Of a DNA stretch of 64,000 nucleotides, positions 45,851-56,020 are shown piece by piece. Source of the DNA: Bacteroidales bacterium (lineage in GTDB: Bacteria; Bacteroidota; Bacteroidia; Bacteroidales; 4484-276); NCBI GenBank assembly GCA_035647615.1, contig DASRND010000003.1, forward strand, positions 195,135 through 259,134, given 5' to 3'. Each line of letters begins with the position of its first letter. Within the stretch, counting starts at the first letter, position 1. The notes below the pieces were generated by a model that was not told the DNA's origin, did not search any database, and worked only from the letters and a program-made list of their open reading frames with translations. Position numbers and translations under genes: made by a program.

Positions 45851-45988
45851 CTGTAATTGTTTTGGACGGCAAGAGTAGGTCAGTTTATAAAATTGGCCAA
45901 ATTAAACGCCTGCACATTGCTGCTACGCATAGCAAAAGCACCACAACAATGTTGCTACAGGAATTTTAAAACGTTGGTAACAAGTAAT

Positions 45989-47674
45989 TTAAAGTGAGGC
46001 TAAAAACTCTGTCAACCCGGTTTCTGAGTTGGTGAGTTGGAGTTTTTTGCGAAGGCGGGTACGGGCAACTTCTATACTCCGGAGGGATTGGCTGGTGATG
46101 GATGCAATTTCTTTGGTGGTCATATTTAGGCGCAGGAAGGCGCAAAGACGGCGTTCGTTGGTAGTAAGATTAGGAGCTACCGATTGTAGCTTTTCATAAA
46201 ACTCATTGTGAACCTGCTGATATCTAAGCTCAAATTCTTCCCAGGCGTTTTCTTCCTGCACCTTATTCAGGTTCTTAATAACGGTATTGATGGTATTCTC
46301 ATTTTTTTCAGTCAGATTAAGTTTGTTGTCCGAGAGCACTTCCACCACTTGCCCGATCAGTTCGTTTTTTTGAATCATGCTCATCACGTGTGTGGTCAGT
46401 TCCTTATTTCGGATTTCAAGTTCGTTTTGCAGGTTTTTGTTTTCAAGGATGGTGTTCTTGGTGTTTAAAGACAAGTTATCCTTTTCGAGATTGAGCCGCT
46501 TATTGCGATTATTCGACAAAACATAGAGAAGAACAAATACCAATAGTATTAAAACCAGCAAAGCAGCCGTAAACATGTAAATAGTATTTAGCCTGTCTTG
46601 TTCGAGTTGCCTAATTTTCTGCTGTTCGCTGAACTGAGAGCTTAGCTCCAGCCTCGTTAATTCTTTTAAGGTCTCGGCACTATTTATTGTATCCTTGAGC
46701 TGATCGTACAATACAAAATATTTAAGCGCCGAATCAGCATTATTTTGCTGATAATAATAGGTGTAGAGTTTTTCTGATGCAATACTCCGCAATTCGATAC
46801 TACCTATTTTATTAGCTGTTTCATAACTCGAATAAAAATATGTGCGAGCTTTATCAGGCTGATTTGTTTGTAAATAATATTCAGCCAATAAATTGTACGA
46901 TTCTGTCAGTCCAACAAGATCATTATTTTCGGGTTTTATTTCCATCGCCCTTGTAAGGTTTACAAAAGCACTATCCGGTTCATTGATGTCAAGAAACAGA
47001 CTTGCGATATTATTCAAAACACTAACTCTGTTATAGTCCGGATCAGCCACAGATTCGATTTGTGATAAACTTTTTCTGTAATAATAAAGCGATGAATCAT
47101 ATTGTTGTAGCTCCTGATATACTATTCCCAGATTATTTAAGATCTTTGGTATCTGAGATTTATAATTCTCGTCAGGGCTATTATCAGGTAATTCTTCTAA
47201 AATCTGAAGTGCTTCTAAAAAGCTATTTCTGGCTACGGTGTAATCTTCCATTTTTAAGCGGATAGCTCCGATGTTTGCAAGCACAAAAGCAATTCCCGGT
47301 TTGTTGCCTTTTTCCTTTTGGATTTCGAGGTAAGCATAAAAATAGGCGGTGGCAGTTTCAAATAATCCCTGTGTAAAATAGGCATTTCCGGCATTGAACA
47401 TGGCGTATTCGATAAGAGTCATATCCTTGCTCTCCTTCGCGACATCCAGAGCTTTTTCCGCTTCCCGGATTGAAGCTTTCAAGTCGTACGAACCATAAGC
47501 CTGCGATAGCCTGACTAAAGTAAACACCTTAATGCTCTTACTTTGGGCCTCGCTAACTACTCGGTTCAGCGAGTCGATTACTTGCTGCTGGTCATCATCT
47601 TTTCCCCATAGTAATAGCGATTGTATTGTAAATACAATTAAAACTACAATACGTATGTTGGCTGCTAAATTCAA
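45989..47674 (-). CDS. TPR-repeat, membrane-spanning LuxR-family transcriptional regulator
   Basis: TTG start. The layout is N-terminal hydrophobic segment, TPR-like repeats, internal TM (IYMFTAALLVLILLVFVLLYVL), a coiled coil, then the C-terminal LuxR HTH LTTNERRLCAFLRLNMTTKEIASITSQSLRSIEVARTRLRKKL. Confidence 0.75.
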   Translation of the reverse strand: MNLAANIRIVVLIVFTIQSLLLWGKDDDQQQVIDSLNRVVSEAQSKSIKVFTLVRLSQAYGSYDLKASIREAEKALDVAKESKDMTLIEYAMFNAGNAYFTQGLFETATAYFYAYLEIQKEKGNKPGIAFVLANIGAIRLKMEDYTVARNSFLEALQILEELPDNSPDENYKSQIPKILNNLGIVYQELQQYDSSLYYYRKSLSQIESVADPDYNRVSVLNNIASLFLDINEPDSAFVNLTRAMEIKPENNDLVGLTESYNLLAEYYLQTNQPDKARTYFYSSYETANKIGSIELRSIASEKLYTYYYQQNNADSALKYFVLYDQLKDTINSAETLKELTRLELSSQFSEQQKIRQLEQDRLNTIYMFTAALLVLILLVFVLLYVLSNNRNKRLNLEKDNLSLNTKNTILENKNLQNELEIRNKELTTHVMSMIQKNELIGQVVEVLSDNKLNLTEKNENTINTVIKNLNKVQEENAWEEFELRYQQVHNEFYEKLQSVAPNLTTNERRLCAFLRLNMTTKEIASITSQSLRSIEVARTRLRKKLQLTNSETGLTEFLASL

Positions 47675-47856
47675 AATTTGTTTTCTATAAAAGAAGATGC
47701 AAATTTATTCAAATCTTTTTGTAGTACGGTTGTTTTTTTTTAGAACAATTGATTTTCAAGGTCATAAAAATGATGTTGTGTTTTTGTTGTAGTCTTTTTG
47801 TCAAGGTGTAGCAGAATAGTGCCGTCGTTTCATTTTTCTAATGGTAGTTGTCGATT

Positions 47857-47864
47857 TAATTTTG
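47857..47864 (+). promoter_or_regulatory. -7 promoter box TAATTTTG upstream of 47911
   Basis: It matches TAnnTTTG, 47 nt upstream of the ATG. The surrounding 20 nt are identical to the rluB promoter region. Confidence 0.45.
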
Positions 47865-47910
47865 CCGTTCAAAAAATATCAGCATTAATTACAAATTAAA
47901 AATTTTACAA

Positions 47911-50900
47911 ATGAATTTTTACAAACAAAGCATCGCTTACCTGGTAATCGTGTTACTGGCAATAAGTTTCAATACTGTCCAGGGTCAGATTACACTCCGG
48001 GAAACTACCGATCAAAAACTATCCACAGAAAACTTTATTCATGGCCAAAACGGATTTTCGCTGGCTCAGGACTTTCAGATGACCATGTCGATGCAAGATC
48101 GCGGGCCAAAAGAATGGATTACTATTGGTACTAATTCTTCGCCCTGGGGTTCGTACAACTATCCGGTGGATTTTTTTTGGAACACCTCGCTTACCCAAAG
48201 TATTTACACTGCTGAGGAGATGAATCACGAATCCTGCTCCATCGAGCAAGTAATTTACACCTACAAAACCTTGACCGGCAATTACCCTGACACTATTAGC
48301 ACAGAATATTTCAGATTCTGGATTGCCAATACCGACCAGTCGTCGCTGTCAGAGGAAGCCGGCTTTTGGATTCCCCTGGAAGCGTTTACGCTTGTGTACG
48401 AAGGAATGGTAGAAATGTATAGCGGCCAGAATCAGGAGATGCTGTTTGACCTGGACAGTCCTTTTGTGTACAACGAATCCAATATTTGTATCATGGTTGA
48501 GCATACGCTAAGCGATAATACTTTCGAGAACCATTTCAATTTTGAAGCCTCTACCCTCGACGACAACGATAAAAGGTCGCGTCTTTATGTCAGCTACGAT
48601 ACACCTTATGATTTTACGCTGCCTACCAACGATCCTTCACAAAACGGAATGGATCTTCCGCAATTGGCCGATGTTAAACTATTTATCAATACAACTGCCG
48701 AGGCCAGCCTGGCCGGTACCATTACCAACCCTGATGCTGAACCTGTAGCCGATGTCCTGGTGAAAATCCTGGGCACCGACCTGCAAACCTACACAAACGA
48801 CCAGGGCGAATACGAATTTTCGTATGTAGTACCCGGAACATATACGGTGCGCTATTCTGCCTTTGGCTATGTGATTGATGAAATGACGCTGGATATTTCT
48901 AATGCTGTTACCCAGGATGTGGTTTTGGCTTATCTTCCCAAAGCTACAGTAGAAGGTACCGTGCTGGACAATGATAACAACCCGATTGCCGATGTCAACA
49001 TTCAGATAAGCGGCTACGACACTTACGTGGGAACAAGCGATGCCAGCGGCAATTTTGCCATCCAGGATGTGTATTATGATGATTTTTATACGGTTGCTTT
49101 TTCAAAAAATGGTTACCAAACTGAAATTATCGAATTAGCTGTCAACAATCCCACAGTGGACATGGGCGATATTAATATGACCGATAAACTGGAAAGCCCA
49201 TCCTATGTAACAGCCGTCAACAACGATGATGTTGTGAATGTCGATTGGCTTGCACCTTCGGAACGAACAGTTTACCGCCGCGATGGCGATGAAATGGTAA
49301 CGCAGATCGGACATAACTATGCCGGTGAAGTTGCTGTGTTTGGCCAGGCTTTCGCAGAGCCGGCCAAATTGTATGAAATGAGCTGGTATCTCAACTTGGT
49401 GGACTATCCGCACGAGTTTGTTAATGTTTTTGTATTTTCACTAAATGCCCAGGGGAATCCATCGAACAACATTCTTTTTGAGCAGGCTGATGTTCCCAAC
49501 GTGGATTTACAATGGACAACTTTTAGGTTTCCGGATACCATCGTTGCCGAAAACGGATTTTATATGGCCTTAAGTTATCCCCAACGCTTAGAGCTGGGAA
49601 TTGACGGCGGCAACGATCCCGAATTTCCTTTTGAAGCCGGCGTAAACTGGGTTTCGGAAGATTATGGAAGTAACCAATTCCTGCTGATGGAAGACCTGGG
49701 ACTGGGCGAGATACCCGGCAACCTGATGATCAGGGCCGAGGGCTACAATATGAATACCGGTGAGAAACTTCAATCGCCAGCCCCTACACCATCACGTAGC
49801 TTAAATACATTCACGGTTTACCGTCTTGAGGATGGCCAGGAGCTGCAGCCCGAGTTATGGGTATTGCTCGAAGAAAACCTAACCACCACCTTCTATATCG
49901 ACGAAGACTTTTCGACCTTAGATCCGGGCTGGTACAAATATGCCATTGAGGCTGTCTATTCAGGCGGACTCCCATCCCAAGCGGCATTCTCCAATCATCT
50001 CGAAAATCAATTGACTACCCAGGTAACGATAAACGTGAGCACAAACACACCAAACAACGAAAGCCAGGGAGCACTGATAAAACTTACCGGCAGCGACGAA
50101 AGCCATACCTATACCCAAATCGTTGAACAAGAAAATGGTGTAGTGATTTTTGAAGTTATTTTCAAAGATACGTATTCGATTTTAGTAAGCCACAAAGGCT
50201 TTGAGGATTATACGCAGTCGAACCTTGATTTTTCAGCGGAACCTGCCTACTCAATAGATGTTGAGCTGATAGAAATGATTGTACAGCCCTTCAATCTCGG
50301 CATTGATCTTTATCCGGATCTGTCGGCCTTGTTCCGGTGGAACCATACCGTCGATATCTTTGAAGATTTTGAGGGTTGTACCGATTTTGAAATCGAACCT
50401 GCCGGCGTTGTGGAATGGCTATACAATGATGTAGATAAAAAAACTACTGTTGGGCTCGCCAATATCAGTTTCCCTAATGAAAATGAACCGCATTCATTTA
50501 TGATTTTTAATCCCACACAAACCGATCCTCCAATTGACCTGGAGTTAAATCCCGGCATTGCTCCACACAGCGGCGATAAGTTTCTGGCCAGCTTCGAAGC
50601 GAGCTCGGGCGCCAATGATGATTATTTTATTTCGCCAGAACTGAATTTTTTCCGGGATTTTAAGTTCAGTTTTTTTGCAAAATCATTTGATGATTATCCG
50701 TCATTAAATAAAATAAGGGTAGGATATTCTACCACAGGCTTTCAGCCTGAAGATTTCACCTGGTTAAATTCATCAGCCATCGAAGTGCCCATGTATGATT
50801 GGAACAGCTATGAATACGACCTGAATGCAGAAACCAAATATGTGTGCATTCGCAATGTTTCTGAGGGTGCCTTCATACTGATGATTGATGATGTATCAAT

Positions 50901-51351
50901 TTACACCGAAGAGGCAAAAAGCCGTGCACTGCTTACCTACGAGGTTTACCTGAATAATACCCTGATGGGCGAAACCACCGAAGATACTTACACCTTTGAT
51001 TCGGACGACGTTATTCCCAACGAAACAAATGTGGCCGGCGTTAAAGCCATCTACGCGAGTGGCGAAAGCGAAATGTCAACCATCGAATTTATGGGCGTAT
51101 TTGTTTCTATGCCCGAGCCTGCGCTTCAGGCAAAAATGGAAGTATTTCCCAATCCGTCAAATGGTGCATTTACCATCCGGCTCGATGGTGAATACGAAGT
51201 TTCGATTATCAACAGTATGGGTGTAGTAGTTTTCAGGGAAACTATTTCGCACACGGAGCAGCTTAACCTCCAGAATCTAAGCCCCGGCATTTATGTTATC
51301 AGTGCCAAATCGGACCTAAAATCTTCTGTTAGCAGAATTATTATCCGCTAA
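47911..51351 (+). CDS. choice-of-anchor-J-like secreted protein with CarboxypepD_reg-like domains and T9SS C-terminal sorting domain
   Basis: Signal peptide, two GTITNPDAEPVADVLVKI / GTVLDNDNNPIADVNIQI regulatory-like domains and ANDDYFISPEL (choice-of-anchor J / cleaved-adhesin-like). The CTD reads VFPNPSNGAFTI..GIYVISAKS. Confidence 0.7.
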   Translation: MNFYKQSIAYLVIVLLAISFNTVQGQITLRETTDQKLSTENFIHGQNGFSLAQDFQMTMSMQDRGPKEWITIGTNSSPWGSYNYPVDFFWNTSLTQSIYTAEEMNHESCSIEQVIYTYKTLTGNYPDTISTEYFRFWIANTDQSSLSEEAGFWIPLEAFTLVYEGMVEMYSGQNQEMLFDLDSPFVYNESNICIMVEHTLSDNTFENHFNFEASTLDDNDKRSRLYVSYDTPYDFTLPTNDPSQNGMDLPQLADVKLFINTTAEASLAGTITNPDAEPVADVLVKILGTDLQTYTNDQGEYEFSYVVPGTYTVRYSAFGYVIDEMTLDISNAVTQDVVLAYLPKATVEGTVLDNDNNPIADVNIQISGYDTYVGTSDASGNFAIQDVYYDDFYTVAFSKNGYQTEIIELAVNNPTVDMGDINMTDKLESPSYVTAVNNDDVVNVDWLAPSERTVYRRDGDEMVTQIGHNYAGEVAVFGQAFAEPAKLYEMSWYLNLVDYPHEFVNVFVFSLNAQGNPSNNILFEQADVPNVDLQWTTFRFPDTIVAENGFYMALSYPQRLELGIDGGNDPEFPFEAGVNWVSEDYGSNQFLLMEDLGLGEIPGNLMIRAEGYNMNTGEKLQSPAPTPSRSLNTFTVYRLEDGQELQPELWVLLEENLTTTFYIDEDFSTLDPGWYKYAIEAVYSGGLPSQAAFSNHLENQLTTQVTINVSTNTPNNESQGALIKLTGSDESHTYTQIVEQENGVVIFEVIFKDTYSILVSHKGFEDYTQSNLDFSAEPAYSIDVELIEMIVQPFNLGIDLYPDLSALFRWNHTVDIFEDFEGCTDFEIEPAGVVEWLYNDVDKKTTVGLANISFPNENEPHSFMIFNPTQTDPPIDLELNPGIAPHSGDKFLASFEASSGANDDYFISPELNFFRDFKFSFFAKSFDDYPSLNKIRVGYSTTGFQPEDFTWLNSSAIEVPMYDWNSYEYDLNAETKYVCIRNVSEGAFILMIDDVSIYTEEAKSRALLTYEVYLNNTLMGETTEDTYTFDSDDVIPNETNVAGVKAIYASGESEMSTIEFMGVFVSMPEPALQAKMEVFPNPSNGAFTIRLDGEYEVSIINSMGVVVFRETISHTEQLNLQNLSPGIYVISAKSDLKSSVSRIIIR

Positions 51352-51381
51352 AACAGATAGCCTAAATGCTTTAAAAATAGA

Positions 51382-51418
51382 AAAGGCCTTTGATTCCAGA
51401 GAATCAAAGGCCTTTTTG
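51382..51418 (+). terminator. rho-independent terminator
   Basis: AAAGGCCTTTGATTC-CAGA-GAATCAAAGGCCTTT is a perfect 15-bp stem followed by TT. Confidence 0.75.
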
Positions 51419-51665
51419 ATGGAACTATAAAACGCCTGCCACCAGCCCGGGGGATGGAATAATTAAAGTCGGCTAAAAAATTCTATCAACAACAAATTGC
51501 TGTTAGCAGGATTGAGCTTTTTTTCCGAGCGTATTCTGGTCACTTCCATGCTTTTAAGTTTCACTCATTGCCGAATAAAATCTAACTTAAAACTAAAACT
51601 ATCTCAGAATAAAGTAAACATTTATAATTTAGCCACCTAAACCAAAATCATAAAACAAAACCATA

Positions 51666-52127
51666 ATGAAAAAAATTGGATTCATTGTCGCTTTGCTGGC
51701 ATTGGTGCTGGGTTTGGCCTTTACCATCAACAGCATCGTTAAGGGTCTTTACGTCGAAATGGCAATCTTTGCCACCATGGCGAGCATGGCAATTTTTTAT
51801 TTGCTCTTTCAGCTACTAATAAACAGACAAAAGAAAAAAGGAATCGTTCCAAGGCCTGTTCCCACGCTAAATCCTCCACTACCCGATGAAATGATCCTCT
51901 CGCCCGGTATTGATAAAATTTTCAGATACGTGTGGAAACACATTAAACTAATAGCTGTGGTGTCTATAATTTTTATTTTGAGCTATAATTGTTGGATAGT
52001 GAAAACGGAGGATACATTGGCTATAATATACTTTTCATTTTGTTTGGGCATTGTTCTGGACTCCGTCATCTTTTTATTTTACAAGAAACTTAAACATAAG
52101 AAGGAGCCAATGGCCGAAGCTCTTTAG
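51666..52127 (+). CDS. small integral membrane protein, function unknown
   Basis: A 153-aa protein with four hydrophobic segments and no recognisable motif. Confidence 0.5.
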   Translation: MKKIGFIVALLALVLGLAFTINSIVKGLYVEMAIFATMASMAIFYLLFQLLINRQKKKGIVPRPVPTLNPPLPDEMILSPGIDKIFRYVWKHIKLIAVVSIIFILSYNCWIVKTEDTLAIIYFSFCLGIVLDSVIFLFYKKLKHKKEPMAEAL

Positions 52128-52207
52128 CAATAGTAAATAACGGAGGCTTTCTTTTTAGGCTTTCACCTCCCTGGCAAACTTTGTATTTTCCAATTTTAGT
52201 AAATAAT

Positions 52208-52240
52208 AAAACCCCCGATGGAACTCCGCCGGGGGTTTTT
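52208..52240 (+). terminator. rho-independent terminator
   Basis: CCCCCG (52212-52217) pairs with CGGGGG (52230-52235), followed by TTTTT and preceded by an A-run. Confidence 0.65.
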
Positions 52241-52364
52241 CAATTAACCACAAAGACAAAAGAAAAAACCGCGGAGGCGGAGAGACGCAGAGAGAAAAGG
52301 ACAAAAAAGCTTTGCGCCTCTAGGGTGAATCTGTTTTCTTTTACCCCCCCGTTCCCTGCTTTTT

Positions 52365-52895
52365 TTACTTAATCTTCTCCAGATTTTTCATCCCATCAAT
52401 GTTCATCGACTTGGAGAGTTTGGCGATGGTTTTCAGGTCGATGTTGCCGGTGATGCTGATGAAGCCTGCTTCGTTGGGCTGGTTGATGATCAGCAGCAGC
52501 TCGTTGATGTTTTTGCCATTTTTGCGGATCATAAACTTCACCGATTCGCCCCCCTCGTTCACGGTCATCAGTTCCGAAAAATCTTTCAGCTTCACACCGT
52601 TGAGTTCGTTTTTGAATTCTATGAGCCTGAGCGACTGCACTGTGTCTTCCAACATTAGTATGCGGATGTATTCGAGTCCCTGCACCACTTTGTTGAGTTC
52701 CTGCATATCCTCGCCTTCGGCCTCCTGCGTTATTTCGGCAAAAAGGCTGAAGAGTTCTTTGGTAACATGCACGGTAGTAAAACCGTCTTTGGCGCCATAC
52801 TTATCAAAAAGCGCATCCGTAACGTTTTGTGCTTGCGCCGTAGCTCCCGAGAGCATCAGCACAATTGCAGCGGCAATCATTGTGATTTTTTTCAT
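52365..52895 (-). CDS. DUF4252-domain secreted protein
   Basis: Signal peptide, then DALFDKYGAKDGFTTVHVTKELFSLFA. It occupies the typical third position after an ECF sigma factor and a TM protein. Confidence 0.7.
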   Translation of the reverse strand: MKKITMIAAAIVLMLSGATAQAQNVTDALFDKYGAKDGFTTVHVTKELFSLFAEITQEAEGEDMQELNKVVQGLEYIRILMLEDTVQSLRLIEFKNELNGVKLKDFSELMTVNEGGESVKFMIRKNGKNINELLLIINQPNEAGFISITGNIDLKTIAKLSKSMNIDGMKNLEKIK

Positions 52896-52908
52896 TGTTC
52901 TAAATTTT

Positions 52909-53514
52909 TTAAGGTTTAAAAACTATTTTGAATTTGGATAATTTTCCGAGATCATCGAGGCTCTCTGAAGCCTTGTCCATCTTGTGGTTTATGGTTTTGA
53001 TGTTGCGATCGAATGCTCCCAGATTCTGCATTTTGACCTGTGTATTTTGCAATTTGTCGAGCTTTTTCAGCGGCTCGGCGCCCTGTGTAAATTTTGCCCC
53101 GACATAAGCCAGTGCCTGTTGTGTTTGCAGAAATGCTGCTTCCGTCTCGGCGTGTGTGTAGGAAGTGGCGGCTACAAAATGAGTATCAGCGGGTCGCTGA
53201 TAAAACGTGATGGTGAGCGTAAAAAGCAACAGCAGCGCAGCAGCAATGCCACCGACGTAATAATAAAGTTGTCGCGATCGGTAGAAGGGGATAGATGCTG
53301 TATGTTGCAGGCGGTTCTCTATTTTTTCTGTTACGGCAGGTGGCAGCGTTTCTTGTTTTGCTTTCGCAAAATGCCCGAACATTTGCGCTTCGGCGGCAAA
53401 CTGCGGATCGGCGCCGGGCGAGAGCAGATAGGCTTCTAATTGCCTTTCTTCTTGCAGCGTGGTGCCGCCTTCGTAATATTTTTTGAGTAGTATTTTAACT
53501 TCTGTTGTATGCAT
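52909..53514 (-). CDS. putative anti-sigma factor (single-pass membrane protein)
   Basis: Its start overlaps the sigma-factor gene by 20 nt. It has one central TM segment (YYYVGGIAAALLLLFTLTITFY). The call is positional inference only. Confidence 0.45.
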   Translation of the reverse strand: MHTTEVKILLKKYYEGGTTLQEERQLEAYLLSPGADPQFAAEAQMFGHFAKAKQETLPPAVTEKIENRLQHTASIPFYRSRQLYYYVGGIAAALLLLFTLTITFYQRPADTHFVAATSYTHAETEAAFLQTQQALAYVGAKFTQGAEPLKKLDKLQNTQVKMQNLGAFDRNIKTINHKMDKASESLDDLGKLSKFKIVFKP

Positions 53515-54007
53515 AGTTGTGTTGTTTTATGATGGCTTCGCGCAGCGTTTTACGGGCACGCGAAAGGTTGACACGAATTGTATTTACATTCATTTTCACC
53601 ACCGCAGCTATTTCTTCGTATTCCAGTTCTTCCACATCGCGCAGATGGATGATAAGGCGCTGCTGTTCGGGCAGCCGGCTGATGAGACTGTGTGCCAGCG
53701 CCACGTCGTCTTTCGTCTCCAATGCCGATGCGGGGGTATGCGTTGTAGCAGGTTCGGTGATGTTGTCCAAAGAACTGTTTTGATAACTTTTGGCTTTTAT
53801 CCTGTCGAGGCAAAGGTTGCGCGCAATGACCATGGCCAGCGCCTGTATGCTTCGGTAAGCGGACAGGTCGTGCCGTTTTTGCCACAGCCGCACCATGGTT
53901 TCCTGCAGCACATCCTGGCTGTCGGCATCCGCAAGATAATTCCGGGCCAGCCGGTAAATTTTATCCTGATGCGGGAGCACCTCGTCGATAAATGCTTGTT
54001 CTGTCAT
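53495..54007 (-). CDS. ECF-type RNA polymerase sigma factor (sigma-70 family)
   Basis: Region 2 reads DSQDVLQETMVRLWQKRHDL. Region 4 reads LPEQQRLIIHLRDVEELEYEEIAAVVKMNVNTIRVNLSRARKTL. Confidence 0.85.
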   Translation of the reverse strand: MTEQAFIDEVLPHQDKIYRLARNYLADADSQDVLQETMVRLWQKRHDLSAYRSIQALAMVIARNLCLDRIKAKSYQNSSLDNITEPATTHTPASALETKDDVALAHSLISRLPEQQRLIIHLRDVEELEYEEIAAVVKMNVNTIRVNLSRARKTLREAIIKQHNYAYNRS

Positions 54008-54250
54008 CAGTTAGTCAGACGAATCTGTTTTGATTTCATTACAAAAAGAAACTACGAAATAAAGATTAAAGCCATTTCCAGCCCTCGTCGGGTATTTTTT
54101 TTAATAAAAAGAAATGCCACCTTCCTGCTTTAAACCTGGTTCTGGTGGTAGTCATCCAATTTTAAAAACTAAAAACACCCAGGTACCGTCTGTAGTTGAT
54201 TCTGTCAAAATTTATAATGCGTCAGCCATTGCTCGGCGTCCGATTTTAAT

Positions 54251-54258
54251 TATTTTTG
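54251..54258 (+). promoter_or_regulatory. -7 promoter box TATTTTTG upstream of the POT transporter gene
   Basis: It matches TAnnTTTG and lies about 80 nt upstream of the ATG at 54339. Confidence 0.35.
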
Positions 54259-54338
54259 CGCTTTTCCGAAAATATCAAGTGTTCGGGACGATATTAACAA
54301 ACTAATTAATAACTCATTATTCACAAAACACTACAATT

Positions 54339-55895
54339 ATGTTCAAAGGACACCCTAAGGGTTTAATTCCAGCGTCGCTTGCCAACATGGGCGAACGGTT
54401 TGGATTTTACACAATGATGGCAATTTTAGTGCTGTTTTTGCAAGCAAAGTTTGGATTAAGTGGTACAAATGCCGGATACATTTATTCGGGGTTCTATTTT
54501 TCCATTTACATCCTCGCGCTGGTCGGCGGAATCATTGCCGATAGAATCAAGAATTTTAAAGGAACCATTTTCGCAGGTTTAATATTAATGGGAGTCGGCT
54601 ATGCTATTATGGCTTTCCCAACACCAACACCTGTTCCCAATCTCCCGCTATACCTGTCCTTATCCATTTTTGGGTTATTTGTAATTGCTTTTGGCAATGG
54701 CTTGTTCAAAGGAAACTTACAAGCTCTGGTTGGACAAATGTATGATAATGAAAAGTATGGCAAATTAAGAGATTCCGGATTTTCATTGTTTTATGCCTTT
54801 ATTAATGTTGGAGCTATTTTCGCGCCTTTTACCGCACTTGGTATCAGAAACTGGTGGCTTGGCACCAATGGTTTTGTTTACAACGCAAGTCTTCCCGAGC
54901 AATGTCATACTTTTTTAGATCCGGGCAAAGTTATGTCGGCCGAAAACATTGCCAATTTCCAGAATTATGCTAATGAAGCGGTTGTTGGTAGTGGTACTGT
55001 AACTGATCTTACTGCTTTTGCCAACGAATACTTGAATGTATTCAGCACAGGCTTCCATTATGCATTTGGTATTGCAATTATTGCTATGCTAATTTCTACA
55101 GTTATTTACTTGGCCAACAAAAAGAAATTCCCCAATCCTGGAACTGTAAAAGTTTCGGGAGATGGTACTATTACCGAAGAAATAAAAATGGAAGCTAAGG
55201 AAGTAGCCCAACGAATTTATGCCTTATTAGCTGTTTTTGGTGTGGTCATTTTCTTTTGGTTCTCGTTTCATCAAAATGGCTTAACACTAACATTTTTTGC
55301 ACGAGACTATACCGATCTAAGCCTTTTTTCTTTTACAATATTTGGGCTTAAATTTGAAGGTGCTGAGATGTTTCAATCTATGAATCCGTTTTTCGTGGTT
55401 TTCTTAACGCCTATTATAGTAGGTTTGTTCGGATGGTTACGCTCACGAGGTATAGAGCCATCAACGCCTAAGAAAATCGCCATTGGGATGGGTATTGCCA
55501 GTTTGGCATTTGTACTTATGGCTATCGGATCATTGGGTCTGCCTTTGTTTTCTGACATTAGCTCATCCCAAGGTGGTACTCCGCTCCTCGATGCAGAGCG
55601 CGTTACACCATTCCTCTTGTTTGGAACCTATTTTATCTTAACCGTTGCTGAGTTATTTATTAGTCCCATGGGAATCTCGTTTGTTTCTAAAGTTGCGCCC
55701 CCACAATTTCAGGGCATGGCTCAGGGCGGATGGCTTGGAGCAACAGCTTTGGGTAATGGCCTGTTATTCATCGGTGCTATCCTTTACGAATCGATTCCAA
55801 TTTGGATGACCTGGAGTATTTTTGTAGTCGCTTGTGCCATTTCGATGCTGACGATGATCTTTATGTTGCGTTGGCTCGAAAGAGTGGCCAGATAA
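54339..55895 (+). CDS. proton-dependent oligopeptide transporter (POT/PTR2 family, MFS)
   Basis: GHPKGLIPASLANMGERFGFYTMMAILVLFL and GGIIADR are the PTR2 signatures. It has about 14 TM segments. Confidence 0.85.
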   Translation: MFKGHPKGLIPASLANMGERFGFYTMMAILVLFLQAKFGLSGTNAGYIYSGFYFSIYILALVGGIIADRIKNFKGTIFAGLILMGVGYAIMAFPTPTPVPNLPLYLSLSIFGLFVIAFGNGLFKGNLQALVGQMYDNEKYGKLRDSGFSLFYAFINVGAIFAPFTALGIRNWWLGTNGFVYNASLPEQCHTFLDPGKVMSAENIANFQNYANEAVVGSGTVTDLTAFANEYLNVFSTGFHYAFGIAIIAMLISTVIYLANKKKFPNPGTVKVSGDGTITEEIKMEAKEVAQRIYALLAVFGVVIFFWFSFHQNGLTLTFFARDYTDLSLFSFTIFGLKFEGAEMFQSMNPFFVVFLTPIIVGLFGWLRSRGIEPSTPKKIAIGMGIASLAFVLMAIGSLGLPLFSDISSSQGGTPLLDAERVTPFLLFGTYFILTVAELFISPMGISFVSKVAPPQFQGMAQGGWLGATALGNGLLFIGAILYESIPIWMTWSIFVVACAISMLTMIFMLRWLERVAR

Positions 55896-55923
55896 TTTCT
55901 TTTTCTTGTTTCATATTCAACAG

Positions 55924-55957
55924 AGGCGAACCCATGAGGTGCGCCTTTGTTGTTTTT
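55924..55957 (+). terminator. possible terminator after the POT gene
   Basis: AGGCG..CGCCT is a short stem followed by TTGTTGTTTTT. The stem is weak. Confidence 0.4.
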
Positions 55958-55990
55958 GAAGGAAGAGAAGAAGGGAGAAGAAGAGAGGAA
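55958..55990 (+). repeat. 33-nt uninterrupted polypurine tract
   Basis: The plus strand reads GAAGGAAGAGAAGAAGGGAGAAGAAGAGAGGAA. Confidence 0.9.
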
Positions 55991-56020
55991 TGAGAAGCAA
56001 TGAACGATTAACACTTGCCC

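Noticed and set aside
52181-52372. A 63-aa ORF (..TAEAERRREKRTKKLCASRVNL..) in the intergenic region after the 153-aa membrane protein gene.
   Set aside because: It spans a terminator hairpin and a low-complexity purine-rich or REP-like stretch (GCGGAGGCGGAGAGACGCAGAGAG ..CTTTGCGCCTCTAGGGTGAA). It is more likely non-coding repeat sequence than a gene.
53483-54133. A 216-aa plus-strand ORF overlapping the ECF sigma factor gene.
   Set aside because: The opposite strand encodes a clear sigma-70 region 2 / region 4 protein. The plus-strand translation has no recognisable features.
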